Of a DNA stretch of 64,000 nucleotides, positions 38,778 through 48,163 are shown one piece after another. The notes below the pieces were generated by a model that saw only the letters and a program-made list of their open reading frames with translations, was not told the DNA's origin and searched no databases. Both the position numbers and the translations under genes were made by a program. Within the stretch, counting starts at the first letter, position 1. Each line of letters opens with the position of its first letter. This DNA is from Candidatus Babelota bacterium. GTDB lineage: Bacteria > Babelota > Babeliae > Babelales > Vermiphilaceae. The stretch covers positions 1-64,000 of the forward strand of contig JBMOLF010000007.1 of the NCBI GenBank assembly GCA_049325595.1, read 5' to 3'.

Positions 38778-40166
38778 ATGAAGATAAAATTTTTATTGTG
38801 CTCATTAATGTTTGCAATAGGCTCTTACGCCTATGCAAGCGAATCTGCTGAAAAAGAGCAAGAAATGCGTTCATATGTTCAAAAATCAAAAAGTTATCGC
38901 GGGGCAGTTGCTGGTTTAAAGGCTGCCGGTATTGAGTTAAATACTAAAGAAGAAACCTTTTTATTTTTAAATGAATTGCACAAAAGATTCCCTTATGTTG
39001 GTAAAAAAGTATTGGTTAAGTTACTAAGTAATAATAAATTTGCTCAAGAATGGTTACAAATAGAACCTGAAAAGCCAGTTGTCGAGCAAAAAATTATTGG
39101 CCAAACACCTGAAGAAAAAATAACTTCTCTCGTGTCACAATCACTCAACATAGGAACGGCCTTAAATTTATTTAAAGAGTTAGGATACGACAAAAATCAA
39201 GAACTTATTAAAATTTTTTTTAATAAATTAAATGAAAAGTTTCCTGAACAAGAAGTTCGTATTGCACGATCAATAAAATCAGATGCTTCTCGAGAATGGT
39301 TAAAGCAAATAAAACCAGCTGTTATTTATGATTATATCCCAAGATCAGGCTATGAAGAACTCCTGGAATTGTATGAGCAAGCGTATGGCGATTACTCTAA
39401 AATAGAAGAATGGCTCTCGCGTGGATTTGATCCCAACATAATTTTGCAAGAATCATTAAGTTTGGTAGATCCAGAATTATTAAAATTAGCAGTTTATTAT
39501 GGCGCAGATATAAATAGAATTGCTTACCCAGTTCCTGAAGTTGTCGCTATGTATGGGCATGTAAGTTCTCCCCTGTCTCGGTTAAAGCTCATAAATAAGC
39601 AAGTATCAGATCCTATGCGTGGAGGAACAGATCCTGATTTTCTAGAACGATTACAAAAAATGATTCGCTTTTTAGAGCAAGAAGGGGCCGTTGCAAAAAA
39701 CACGAGAACCGAAGAAATAATTCCATTTTTTACTTTAACGCCAAAAATGCTAACTGCATTAGAACAATATGATATTATCACAGCCGATGAAAATAGAGAT
39801 AACCGTCTGCGTGAATATCTAAAAGCAGGAAATGATGTTAATGCTTTATTTTTTATCGCTTTGCAACGCGACGATTTAGCATTATTTGATTTTGCTCTTA
39901 AAAATGGCGCCCATGTAAACTTGTCGGTGATGAACGATGAAGAAAGTTCACTTCCTTCTAGTATTACACCCTTAACTTATTTGCTGCAAAAGAAGTTCTT
40001 TTATGAAAATGAACCAGAAAAATATAATGCAACTCAACAAGCTATTATAAATATTAATGAAATGATACGACAATTGCGCGAAAAAGGAGGAACCATTACA
40101 TCGCTTAGAAGAAATCCTAATTATATTACCTCCTTATATTATGCCGATTATCAACTATACGAATAA
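38778..40166 (+). CDS. Secreted ankyrin protein with duplicated modules (array member 7)
   Basis: Two FxNxLxxxFP..EWL modules and two ankyrin-like modules. Confidence 0.78.
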   Translation: MKIKFLLCSLMFAIGSYAYASESAEKEQEMRSYVQKSKSYRGAVAGLKAAGIELNTKEETFLFLNELHKRFPYVGKKVLVKLLSNNKFAQEWLQIEPEKPVVEQKIIGQTPEEKITSLVSQSLNIGTALNLFKELGYDKNQELIKIFFNKLNEKFPEQEVRIARSIKSDASREWLKQIKPAVIYDYIPRSGYEELLELYEQAYGDYSKIEEWLSRGFDPNIILQESLSLVDPELLKLAVYYGADINRIAYPVPEVVAMYGHVSSPLSRLKLINKQVSDPMRGGTDPDFLERLQKMIRFLEQEGAVAKNTRTEEIIPFFTLTPKMLTALEQYDIITADENRDNRLREYLKAGNDVNALFFIALQRDDLALFDFALKNGAHVNLSVMNDEESSLPSSITPLTYLLQKKFFYENEPEKYNATQQAIININEMIRQLREKGGTITSLRRNPNYITSLYYADYQLYE

Positions 40167-40183
40167 AAAAGAGAGGGATAATT

Positions 40184-40915
40184 ATGATTTTTATATATGT
40201 GTTATTGGTGTTGATGTCTTTATTTGATATTAATGCTGCTGAATTGCCTTTTGAAAGCGAACAACCAATTATTGCGACATTGAGCGATAAAGTAGTTCAA
40301 CAACAGCTTATTAAACAAATTGTTGATAACTCATCGAATGTGATTGGGGCTATACAGAAGTTTAAAGATTTTTTTGTATCAGCGCTTAACCTTTCGTCTA
40401 AACAGATGGATGTAAAAGCGCTTGTTTTTAATTTTTTAAATGCTCTGTCAGCTAAATATCCTAATCAAGAAGTGAGAATAGCCTTATTATTGGATGTTCC
40501 TTTAGCAGATGAATGGTTGCGTATAAAAAAACCTACCTATAGCCCAAAAAAATACGATGTGGGAACAGCTCAACAAGCAGTTCAGTTTATTATGACTAAA
40601 AACTACGACAAACTTAAGCAATGGTTAGACGAGGGTAATCAACCTGATAGGGTTTTAAAAGCAGCACTTATTTTTAAAAACTTAACAGCACTTAAAATGG
40701 CAATTGCCTATGGTGCACAGATTAACCGAGCTAAGTTATTTATGAGTGAAAAAGTATTAGGAACACCGCTGGATTATATTAATGCTGAGATTAAGAAAAA
40801 TAACCAACTTATAGAATCTAATAAGTTAGGAATTGACCCAGCGCTATTAGACGCTTTAAAAAATTATCTGGTAGAACAGGGAGCTGTTAGTAGTAAAGAC
40901 CTATATCAAGAATAA
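40184..40915 (+). CDS. Secreted ankyrin-like protein (array member 8)
   Basis: Signal peptide; KYPNQEVRIA; AYGAQIN..GTPLDY. Confidence 0.78.
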   Translation: MIFIYVLLVLMSLFDINAAELPFESEQPIIATLSDKVVQQQLIKQIVDNSSNVIGAIQKFKDFFVSALNLSSKQMDVKALVFNFLNALSAKYPNQEVRIALLLDVPLADEWLRIKKPTYSPKKYDVGTAQQAVQFIMTKNYDKLKQWLDEGNQPDRVLKAALIFKNLTALKMAIAYGAQINRAKLFMSEKVLGTPLDYINAEIKKNNQLIESNKLGIDPALLDALKNYLVEQGAVSSKDLYQE

Positions 40916-40945
40916 ATTTATAATACTGAAATTTGATCACAAAAA

Positions 40946-40976
40946 TAAAAAAGGGGCTGCACAATATGCAGCCCCT
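40946..40976 (-). terminator. Rho-independent terminator for the minus-strand genes
   Basis: AGGGGCTGCA-CAATA-TGCAGCCCCT with an A run on its left. Confidence 0.8.
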
Positions 40977-40981
40977 GTCGA

Positions 40982-42091
40982 TTATAATTTAACGGTTACA
41001 TATAAATCTGCTGTTGCAGTAGACTCATATTGTTTCTTTTTTTCAAGTTTAACTTTTTCAGCTTCAAGGCGATTTTTTTCACGCTCGATTTTATTTTTCT
41101 CTTTCATGGCTGCAAGTTGTGCAGCTTGAAGAGCCAATTCTTTTTCTGCTAATTCTAACTTTTCTCGTTCAATTTTTTCTTTTTCATAAGCAATTACTTC
41201 TGCAGTATATGATGGATCTGCTGCAATAATACCCTTTACAAAAGTGAGTTGGTTTTTAAGGTCTATGCACCAGCGAATTCGTTGCGGATAATCGCCCACC
41301 ATTGCAAGTTGATTGGATAAGCGTGAAATATTTCTACCCAAGGCATCCACATAATTTTTAAGTGGATATTTTTGTGAACCGCCAGACATTGCTTGTACTT
41401 TAAGCAGAGCAAGGCATGTTGCTAAGTCAGTATGATGATGAGTAACAATGTTGATCTCATTTACATAGTGCTTTCTAATTTCTGCCTCTAATTCAAACAA
41501 GCTGAAATAAAACTGGTGTGATTTAAAGAAAGTATACAATTGTTGATAGAGTGGTAATTCCTGGTACAATTGCTCTGCCAATTCTTTAAAAGCAGACAAT
41601 TCTCTTTGTGCTTGATGATCAATATAATTTTTAGATTGTATTGATTTAATGCGCTTAGCTATTTTCTTATCAAGGTCTACTAGATGCTCTATTTGGTTAT
41701 TCAGGCTATAGATAAAATTTGCAAAGTTATTATGAGGATGGGTGATGGTATGATAATCAGCAATATGATACAGTTGCTCTTCAGTTGCTGGCAAATAATT
41801 TTTTAGGTAATGAGTATCTGCTTTTAAAATGCCTTCCGAAAGCAAATAATTTATACATTGGCTATATTCTTTTTCAGTATAAGAAAGAGTTTTGTGGGCA
41901 TCATCGATAATAGATTGATTTTTTTCATCAAACCATCCAAGCAAAGCACCGATACCTAAACCTGCCATCGCAGCGCCACCAACAATAAGTCCCCCAATAA
42001 CATAGGGATTTTCTTCAGTGCGGGTAGAAGTGGCAGGAAGGACAATTCCGCCTAAGATAAATGCTAATGCCAATTTCTTACGATAAACCAT
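40982..42091 (-). CDS. Hypothetical helical protein with N-terminal hydrophobic segments and C-terminal coiled coil
   Basis: AGGAG RBS before ATG 42091; signal peptide plus Gly-rich hydrophobic segment; EK-rich tail. Confidence 0.75.
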   Translation of the reverse strand: MVYRKKLALAFILGGIVLPATSTRTEENPYVIGGLIVGGAAMAGLGIGALLGWFDEKNQSIIDDAHKTLSYTEKEYSQCINYLLSEGILKADTHYLKNYLPATEEQLYHIADYHTITHPHNNFANFIYSLNNQIEHLVDLDKKIAKRIKSIQSKNYIDHQAQRELSAFKELAEQLYQELPLYQQLYTFFKSHQFYFSLFELEAEIRKHYVNEINIVTHHHTDLATCLALLKVQAMSGGSQKYPLKNYVDALGRNISRLSNQLAMVGDYPQRIRWCIDLKNQLTFVKGIIAADPSYTAEVIAYEKEKIEREKLELAEKELALQAAQLAAMKEKNKIEREKNRLEAEKVKLEKKKQYESTATADLYVTVKL

Positions 42092-42161
42092 AGAGAACTC
42101 CTGGTTGAAAGGTAAAATATACATATAGCATAGCAAATCATAATTTTTTTTCAAAAATTGC

Positions 42162-43520
42162 TTAATCGCGGGGTGATAGATCTTGTAGTTTTTCAAAATA
42201 ATTAGGTACGGGGAGCTCTTTTCGTATTTTAAAACTGGTAATTAATTCAATGTCATTACTCGCATACACCTCTTTTTCTACTGATCCACTGGGTCCTTGG
42301 TTGTCGTTAGCACCCATCGTTAAAAGAGCTTTTGCAACCTCATACTTTTTTTTCTTGAGAGCATGGTAGAGCAAATTGTTACCTTCAATCAGATAGTTAG
42401 GATTGGCATTGTGAGCAATTAAAGATATTAAAAATTTTTTAGCCAATTCTTCGCTGGGTATTTCAAGCACAAAAGGTAACACTGAACCGCCAGGGCCGGT
42501 ATTATCTTGATAATTATTGTTGAGTAATTTTTTTGCTATTTTGTACCGCTTACATTTTAAGGATTCAAAAAGTAAATTGTCTCCATTGGTAGGGTAATTT
42601 GGGTGTGAGTTTTGAGCAAGCAATGCGACTAGAATTCTTTTGGCTGATTTTTCATCTTCCATAGAAAGCAACAATGGAATTACCGATCCGCTAGGACCTT
42701 TGTTGTCGCCAACTCCTTGATTTAAATAAAGTTGTGCTCTTTTAAGATCACCTTTTTTTAATACACGAAATAAGTCATTATCTGGTGGTTGTTGTTTTTG
42801 AAAACTTAGAGCCCAATGAGTAGTGTTAACAGGATTGGTCATTTTTTTTTGCTCATTAACCATAAGAAATTTTTTTAACAATTTGGCAAGCTCTTTATTG
42901 GGCATTTTATCCAATAGAGGAATAATTGATTGCATAGGGCCTGGGTTGTCATAAGCACCATTTTCAATGAGCAATTCAACAAGCTTCCATTTACCATAAG
43001 TAGCTGCGTGATAAATGGTGGTATCGCCCAAGCGGGTGGGCGTATTGGGGTCAGATCCAGCATTAAGTAAATTTTGGGCTATTTCAATAGCTTTATTTTC
43101 ATCGTTTAATTGAGCAGTTAAATGCAATGGTATTTGGCCAAGGTGATTATGCGCATCAATTTTTGCATTATAAAAAATTAATTGCGCAACGCACTCATTC
43201 ATTCCGAGTCTTACTGCTTCATGAAGTGGATATTCGATGAAAAGTTTTTTTGAATTATCTGGATCTTTTCTGATAAGTGATTTTGAAGCTTTTTCATACA
43301 AGTTTTTAGTAAAGTTAATTAAATTTTCATCGGGCAATATTTTTTGTTGTGTTACATTATTGTTAAGATAGTCTGTATAAATAAATAAGCGATTATGTTG
43401 AGTTAGAAACTTATTAAATTTTGTTAAGTATTCATCTAATTCTTGATCATGTTTTTGACTCACGTAGATATTTGCTGAAAAGAGCATAATAAGTATGCTA
43501 ATGCCCAGATGCCAAACCAT
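42162..43520 (-). CDS. Secreted ankyrin protein with variant DNxGPxxS repeats
   Basis: YPLHEAV, GQIPLHL, GDTTIYHAA; four DNxGPxxS units. Confidence 0.85.
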   Translation of the reverse strand: MVWHLGISILIMLFSANIYVSQKHDQELDEYLTKFNKFLTQHNRLFIYTDYLNNNVTQQKILPDENLINFTKNLYEKASKSLIRKDPDNSKKLFIEYPLHEAVRLGMNECVAQLIFYNAKIDAHNHLGQIPLHLTAQLNDENKAIEIAQNLLNAGSDPNTPTRLGDTTIYHAATYGKWKLVELLIENGAYDNPGPMQSIIPLLDKMPNKELAKLLKKFLMVNEQKKMTNPVNTTHWALSFQKQQPPDNDLFRVLKKGDLKRAQLYLNQGVGDNKGPSGSVIPLLLSMEDEKSAKRILVALLAQNSHPNYPTNGDNLLFESLKCKRYKIAKKLLNNNYQDNTGPGGSVLPFVLEIPSEELAKKFLISLIAHNANPNYLIEGNNLLYHALKKKKYEVAKALLTMGANDNQGPSGSVEKEVYASNDIELITSFKIRKELPVPNYFEKLQDLSPRD

Positions 43521-43655
43521 AGATTCCCCCTTGTTTGATAAAATTTTAAATCTTTACTGTCTTAAAAAGCAATAACAGGCTTAGATGGTGCTCAAAGCCT
43601 TTTTTTATGCTAGGGTAACATCGTAGGTATATTCACAGTTAAAAGGAGATTTTTC

Positions 43656-44525
43656 ATGCGTATTTTTTCTGTATTAATGTTGTGCATTGTATTGTCTTCA
43701 GCGGTAAATGCGGCACCAGGACTGTTATTTTTCTTAATAGACAAGAATAACATTCGTATTGAAAGTTATTCGTTAGAGGAATTACAAACTCTCAAATCGA
43801 TAACTAATAAAGTAAGTTCATCTCATTGCAAACAGATACTTAAAGTTGGTAATAAAACACAAAAGTTGCAGGAATTAAGTTGGGATGATTCAACCCCTGA
43901 TAGGCTTCTTATAACATTCCAGGGCAAACAACTAGAGTATGCATATCTGCAATTGAGTGCATTATTTAATGACTGGCAAGCATTCAAAGCGATGCAATTT
44001 GTTCCCGGGACCTTATATCTGCTTGAAGATGCTGTAATTGAAGAAGTCTCTTATCGTACTAACCTCTTGTTGCAATTAAGTACTCTTCATCCAGAATTAA
44101 AAGACATAGAATGCTTATTTGAGCGATCTATAGCTGGAGGCTGTATTTTCTTAGTGGAAAATCTAGATGATTTAAGTATGGCTTATGCAAAAAAATCACT
44201 AACCAGACAAGACATTGATTCTCTAGAGTTAATTTCTTTGCCTGAGTCAGAATCAATCGTGACAAGTGAAGAATTATCTGTCATTGACAATGTGCCACAA
44301 GCGCCAACAGTGGTTACAACAGAAGAAGTTGTTGAGCAATCTGAACAAGAAATAGTCGCAGTTACTGCACCCATTATTCAAGAACCTGAGGTTACAATAG
44401 AACCAGCTGCTGTAGCGCAAGTAGTGGCGCCTCAAGTCAAGCCTTTATCTCTTAGTTGGTATAGTTATTTGCAGATAAAATTTGCAGCCCTGATGAGATA
44501 TTTTAATAAATTGTTATTTAGATAA
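43656..44525 (+). CDS. Secreted hypothetical protein with acidic Pro/Val-rich linker
   Basis: AGGAG RBS; signal peptide. Confidence 0.75.
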   Translation: MRIFSVLMLCIVLSSAVNAAPGLLFFLIDKNNIRIESYSLEELQTLKSITNKVSSSHCKQILKVGNKTQKLQELSWDDSTPDRLLITFQGKQLEYAYLQLSALFNDWQAFKAMQFVPGTLYLLEDAVIEEVSYRTNLLLQLSTLHPELKDIECLFERSIAGGCIFLVENLDDLSMAYAKKSLTRQDIDSLELISLPESESIVTSEELSVIDNVPQAPTVVTTEEVVEQSEQEIVAVTAPIIQEPEVTIEPAAVAQVVAPQVKPLSLSWYSYLQIKFAALMRYFNKLLFR

Positions 44526-44610
44526 TTGCTATAGGACGCTGGGAATTTGAATAAACGCATAAAATTGATATCATAAGCGAGTATCTTAATTAGTAACTCA
44601 AGCAGGTATT

Positions 44611-44979
44611 ATGAATTGTGAAATTAACCAGCGTCCGTCTATTGCGCATATCTTTTTTATGTTTGGCGCTTTTTTATTAAGCTTTGTAAATATGAATGCA
44701 TCACAAGATCTTGATTTTGATGCAATGTACCAACAGGCTGAGCAATGTGGTGCCACTCATATTAAACGAGAACCAAATCCGGTCATGGATGCGGCAATTA
44801 AATATTTAAAAATTATCTTTGTTCCTTTGATGATGGTAGGATTAAAAGCAAAGAAGCATTTAACAGATCTTTTTACGTGGACCAAGCAGCGTATAATAAT
44901 TTTATATGCACGCGCTCAAATTATGAAAAATTATATCATGCGCAAAGTTGCACAAGAAAATAATATTAAACGAATATGA
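44611..44979 (+). CDS. Hypothetical membrane/secreted protein
   Basis: Hydrophobic segments; ATGA overlap with rsmE. Confidence 0.65.
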   Translation: MNCEINQRPSIAHIFFMFGAFLLSFVNMNASQDLDFDAMYQQAEQCGATHIKREPNPVMDAAIKYLKIIFVPLMMVGLKAKKHLTDLFTWTKQRIIILYARAQIMKNYIMRKVAQENNIKRI

Positions 44980-45719
44980 CTAAGCACGAATTTGCGCTCT
45001 ATTATCCCCATCTATCTGATTATAATGTAACAAGTGGTGTTATTACGCTTACTGATAAAGAATTAACTCACCGTATAAGTTCTATATTGCGATTACAAGT
45101 TAATGAGACGGTGATTCTTTTTAATAAAGATATCTATGTGCACCTAACATTGCAGGCAATTGCACGAAATCGAATTGATGCAATAGTAAATGCTATCCAT
45201 AAAAACAAACCAATTGAGCCTTATATCACAGCACTTATACCATTGCTCAAAAAAGATGCGTTAGAAACATTATTTTACCATCTTGTTGAGTTAGGAATTA
45301 CCTGCTACCAAATAGTAACTACACAAAAAGTTCAACGTTCCTGGCAGGGCGAAAAAGAATATCAGCGACTTGAAAATATTATGATTGCGGCAGCTGAGCA
45401 ATCTAAAAATTTTTTTATTCCCCACTCGCTTGGTCAACCAAAACCTCTTAGCGCAGTTATTGAAGAATATAATTCAAAGCCGATCCAACTTACAAAAATA
45501 TTTTTTGATGTTGATGGACAACGGATCAGTGAACTTTTTCCTCAATTAACACAATCTAATCACTTTTTAATTACTGTTGGACCGGAAGGTGATTTGACTG
45601 ACGCAGAAAAGCGTTTGTTGAAAGAACATAATTTTTACACTTGTCGTTTAACTCCCACCATATTGCGTTCATGGCAGGCTGCTACTATTGGTATAGGAAC
45701 TATACGATCTTTTTTTTAA
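44976..45719 (+). CDS. rsmE: 16S rRNA m3U1498 methyltransferase RsmE
   Basis: HRISSILRL, VELGI, AAAEQS, VGPEGDL, ILRS. Confidence 0.92.
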   Translation: MTKHEFALYYPHLSDYNVTSGVITLTDKELTHRISSILRLQVNETVILFNKDIYVHLTLQAIARNRIDAIVNAIHKNKPIEPYITALIPLLKKDALETLFYHLVELGITCYQIVTTQKVQRSWQGEKEYQRLENIMIAAAEQSKNFFIPHSLGQPKPLSAVIEEYNSKPIQLTKIFFDVDGQRISELFPQLTQSNHFLITVGPEGDLTDAEKRLLKEHNFYTCRLTPTILRSWQAATIGIGTIRSFF

Positions 45720-45814
45720 ATTATCATTGGATCGTGCTTTTCTTGATTTTTTGATTCTATTTACGTTAGCTTAAAAAGAGCAGTAGAATCTCGAAAATTA
45801 CGGGAGCTCTTTCT

Positions 45815-46684
45815 ATGAAGCGAAGGCAGCATGAAGTTTTTATCGTCTTAGGTGCATTAATTGCATTAAGTTTTGGTATTGGGTTATTACACGGCGACGA
45901 AAAAAATAATTCTCAAAAGAGTATACACGCTGATGCTAAAGTTTCTTTGCAGCAGCTAGAACCATTGATGGAAGCACGTAGTGTTGAAAAAATTGCAAAA
46001 TCCCTTTCAATAATGCCAAAAAAACAGATTGAGACGATTGTACGAAAAATTCTAAGTGATAAAAATACTATTCTCAGTCGGAACGATAAAATTGCACTCA
46101 TCAGTGCACTATCAACAGAATTTCAACGTCATTCTCATTATGCAGATTCATTTTTTGAATTATTAGCGCAATATCCTGACCTTATTACAAAAGGTGATCC
46201 CATTTTATATGTCATGGCTCGTTTATATTATGATCCAATAATACCTCGCTTTATTAATTGGCTTTCTCAGCATAAACCACAGGGGATTCCGCCAGTATCG
46301 CAATTACTTGACCAGGCAGCACAGTTTGCCATTGAGCGTCAGTCAAGTGGTGGCGGAAAAAGATTGTTTACTCGAGGGCTTGCATTTACCAAAGAACAAC
46401 TTAATCATTACTTATGGCAGCTTGTTCATGATAATGGTAATCCTAAACTAATTGAACCATTGGTAAAGGCCGGTGCAGATATTAATACTCATTTTTTTGG
46501 AACAACGCCTCTTTTTAATGCGGTGAAGAATAATAATAGCAAAATGGTAATCGCTCTTATTAATGCAGGGGCTGATGTAAATTATGTTGCTGATAAATCA
46601 TATGGTAGTCCTATTCAAGAAGCTATCGGACAAAATTTAACATCACTAGAACTTTTGCTTCGCAGAGCTGGTGCAAGAGAATAA
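45815..46684 (+). CDS. Secreted ankyrin repeat protein
   Basis: LVKAGADIN, GTTPLFNAV, LINAGADVN. Confidence 0.85.
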   Translation: MKRRQHEVFIVLGALIALSFGIGLLHGDEKNNSQKSIHADAKVSLQQLEPLMEARSVEKIAKSLSIMPKKQIETIVRKILSDKNTILSRNDKIALISALSTEFQRHSHYADSFFELLAQYPDLITKGDPILYVMARLYYDPIIPRFINWLSQHKPQGIPPVSQLLDQAAQFAIERQSSGGGKRLFTRGLAFTKEQLNHYLWQLVHDNGNPKLIEPLVKAGADINTHFFGTTPLFNAVKNNNSKMVIALINAGADVNYVADKSYGSPIQEAIGQNLTSLELLLRRAGARE

Positions 46685-46688
46685 CAAA

Positions 46689-47357
46689 TTAAAAAATTTG
46701 CACTTGTTTTAAATATAAGGGCAATAATTGGAATGAATATTCACGTATGTTTTGCCATTGTTCGTATGCTTTTGTGCCAAGAAATGACAATGATGGGTGA
46801 GTTGGTATAACTTGTGGTATTACTATCCGAGATTCAAAAACCTGGTCGAGTACTGTTTTATGCAATTGATATCCATTGCCTAAAAAACGAATAGTATTGG
46901 TAGGAAATTGATTATGAATAAAATCGATAGTGCTTTTTATGGTTCCATAACCTTTTTTAATTATGCCTTGGTTGTTTACCAAGGCATAGTATACTTCTTG
47001 ATTAAAAGCGTTACTTAAAATAACTGTTTGTGGGTAGCAGTGATCGGCATATTCTTGTGAAAACAACTCCAATCCATCCAATCCTATGAGTGGTATAGCA
47101 CTACTAAAGCTTATGCCGTTAACGGTTGAGAGAACAACACGCAATGTAGTATAAGGGGCTGGGCCTTGATTGGCAGCTATAAAAGAAAGATCTGATAACT
47201 TTTTATTATTTTTTGTCAAAAGATTATTAATTAAAAGAATAATATTCTTACTAACATATAATTTATCGTCAGAAATTGAATCAACTAAATGACCGTTGTC
47301 AAAAAGCCCAATCTGAACCAAATCATAGGTGTTTGATAATGTTAAGTAATATGCCAT
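46689..47357 (-). CDS. tsaB: tRNA t6A biosynthesis protein TsaB
   Basis: LSDLSFIAANQGPAPYTTLR (GPGS-like), NAFNQEVY, LLPLYLK. Confidence 0.85.
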   Translation of the reverse strand: MAYYLTLSNTYDLVQIGLFDNGHLVDSISDDKLYVSKNIILLINNLLTKNNKKLSDLSFIAANQGPAPYTTLRVVLSTVNGISFSSAIPLIGLDGLELFSQEYADHCYPQTVILSNAFNQEVYYALVNNQGIIKKGYGTIKSTIDFIHNQFPTNTIRFLGNGYQLHKTVLDQVFESRIVIPQVIPTHPSLSFLGTKAYEQWQNIREYSFQLLPLYLKQVQIF

Positions 47358-47363
47358 ATGGTT

Positions 47364-47543
47364 TTAATTACGGTTGCGACATTTTTGTTGTTGGTAATAA
47401 ATACTAAAGGTATCAAATTCAATACTTTTGTCTTTTTTTAATACTACTTTACCACAGTTAAGACATTTCCATCCATCAAAATTTAAAAAATGATCAAAAA
47501 ATGATTGCAGAACCATTAGTCCGCCACAGCGTTTACACTTCAT
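47364..47543 (-). CDS. Small zinc-ribbon protein, 59 aa (below the ORF-track cutoff)
   Basis: MKCKRCGGLMVLQSFFDHFLNFDGWKCLNCGKVVLKKDKSIEFDTFSIYYQQQKCRNRN; AGGAG RBS; ends 6 bp before tsaB. Confidence 0.8.
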   Translation of the reverse strand: MKCKRCGGLMVLQSFFDHFLNFDGWKCLNCGKVVLKKDKSIEFDTFSIYYQQQKCRNRN

Positions 47544-47639
47544 TGAGGGTCTCCTTTTTTTCTACTTTTCTCAACTATAGCATAAAAAATATGGGTAAAA
47601 TCAACTAGTTAAACAGATCACTGGTAGCTTATGTTCTTT

Positions 47640-48065
47640 CTATTGCTCGTCTTCAGGTGTAGCAAATTGGTGTACAAAGGTTAAATAACTTTCCAAAATA
47701 AATGCAGCAGCTATTGAATGTGATTTAATTTTTTCTTCTTTACTTAACATTTTTTTACTTTGTTGAGCTGCTCTTTTACTGCTCAGACGCTCATCCCATA
47801 AAATCCATTGTTTATCAGAATATTCTTTTTCTAATTCTTGCTTGATAGACTCTATTTTTTTAGTTTGTTCGCTTGCAGTTCCTCGCATTGTTCTTGGGTA
47901 TCCAACCACTATTTTGGAAATAGATTCTGCAGAAAAAATTTCAGTTAAAAAAGTTTTTAACTGATCTGAGGGTACCGTGCGATACGGTCGTGCAAACATT
48001 CCAGAGAGATCAGAAAGGGCAGAACCGGTCCATGCGTCGCCAATATCAAGCGCGAGAATTTTCAT
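47640..48065 (-). CDS. ruvX: RuvX/YqgF pre-16S rRNA nuclease
   Basis: ILALDIG, IVVGYP, WDERLSS, AAAFILESYL. Confidence 0.92.
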   Translation of the reverse strand: MKILALDIGDAWTGSALSDLSGMFARPYRTVPSDQLKTFLTEIFSAESISKIVVGYPRTMRGTASEQTKKIESIKQELEKEYSDKQWILWDERLSSKRAAQQSKKMLSKEEKIKSHSIAAAFILESYLTFVHQFATPEDEQ

Positions 48066-48163
48066 AAGTGATTTACCTTTATTAGATACCTGATAAGATA
48101 AAATAATTATTGTGGTGATAGATTCACCCTATCATACTATTAAGCCAACATAAAGGATAACAT

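Noticed and set aside
34400..40915. Diversity-generating retroelement or CRISPR behind the repeated patches
   Set aside because: No reverse transcriptase or cas genes, no template/variable repeat pair, no regular spacing; repeats are coding motifs
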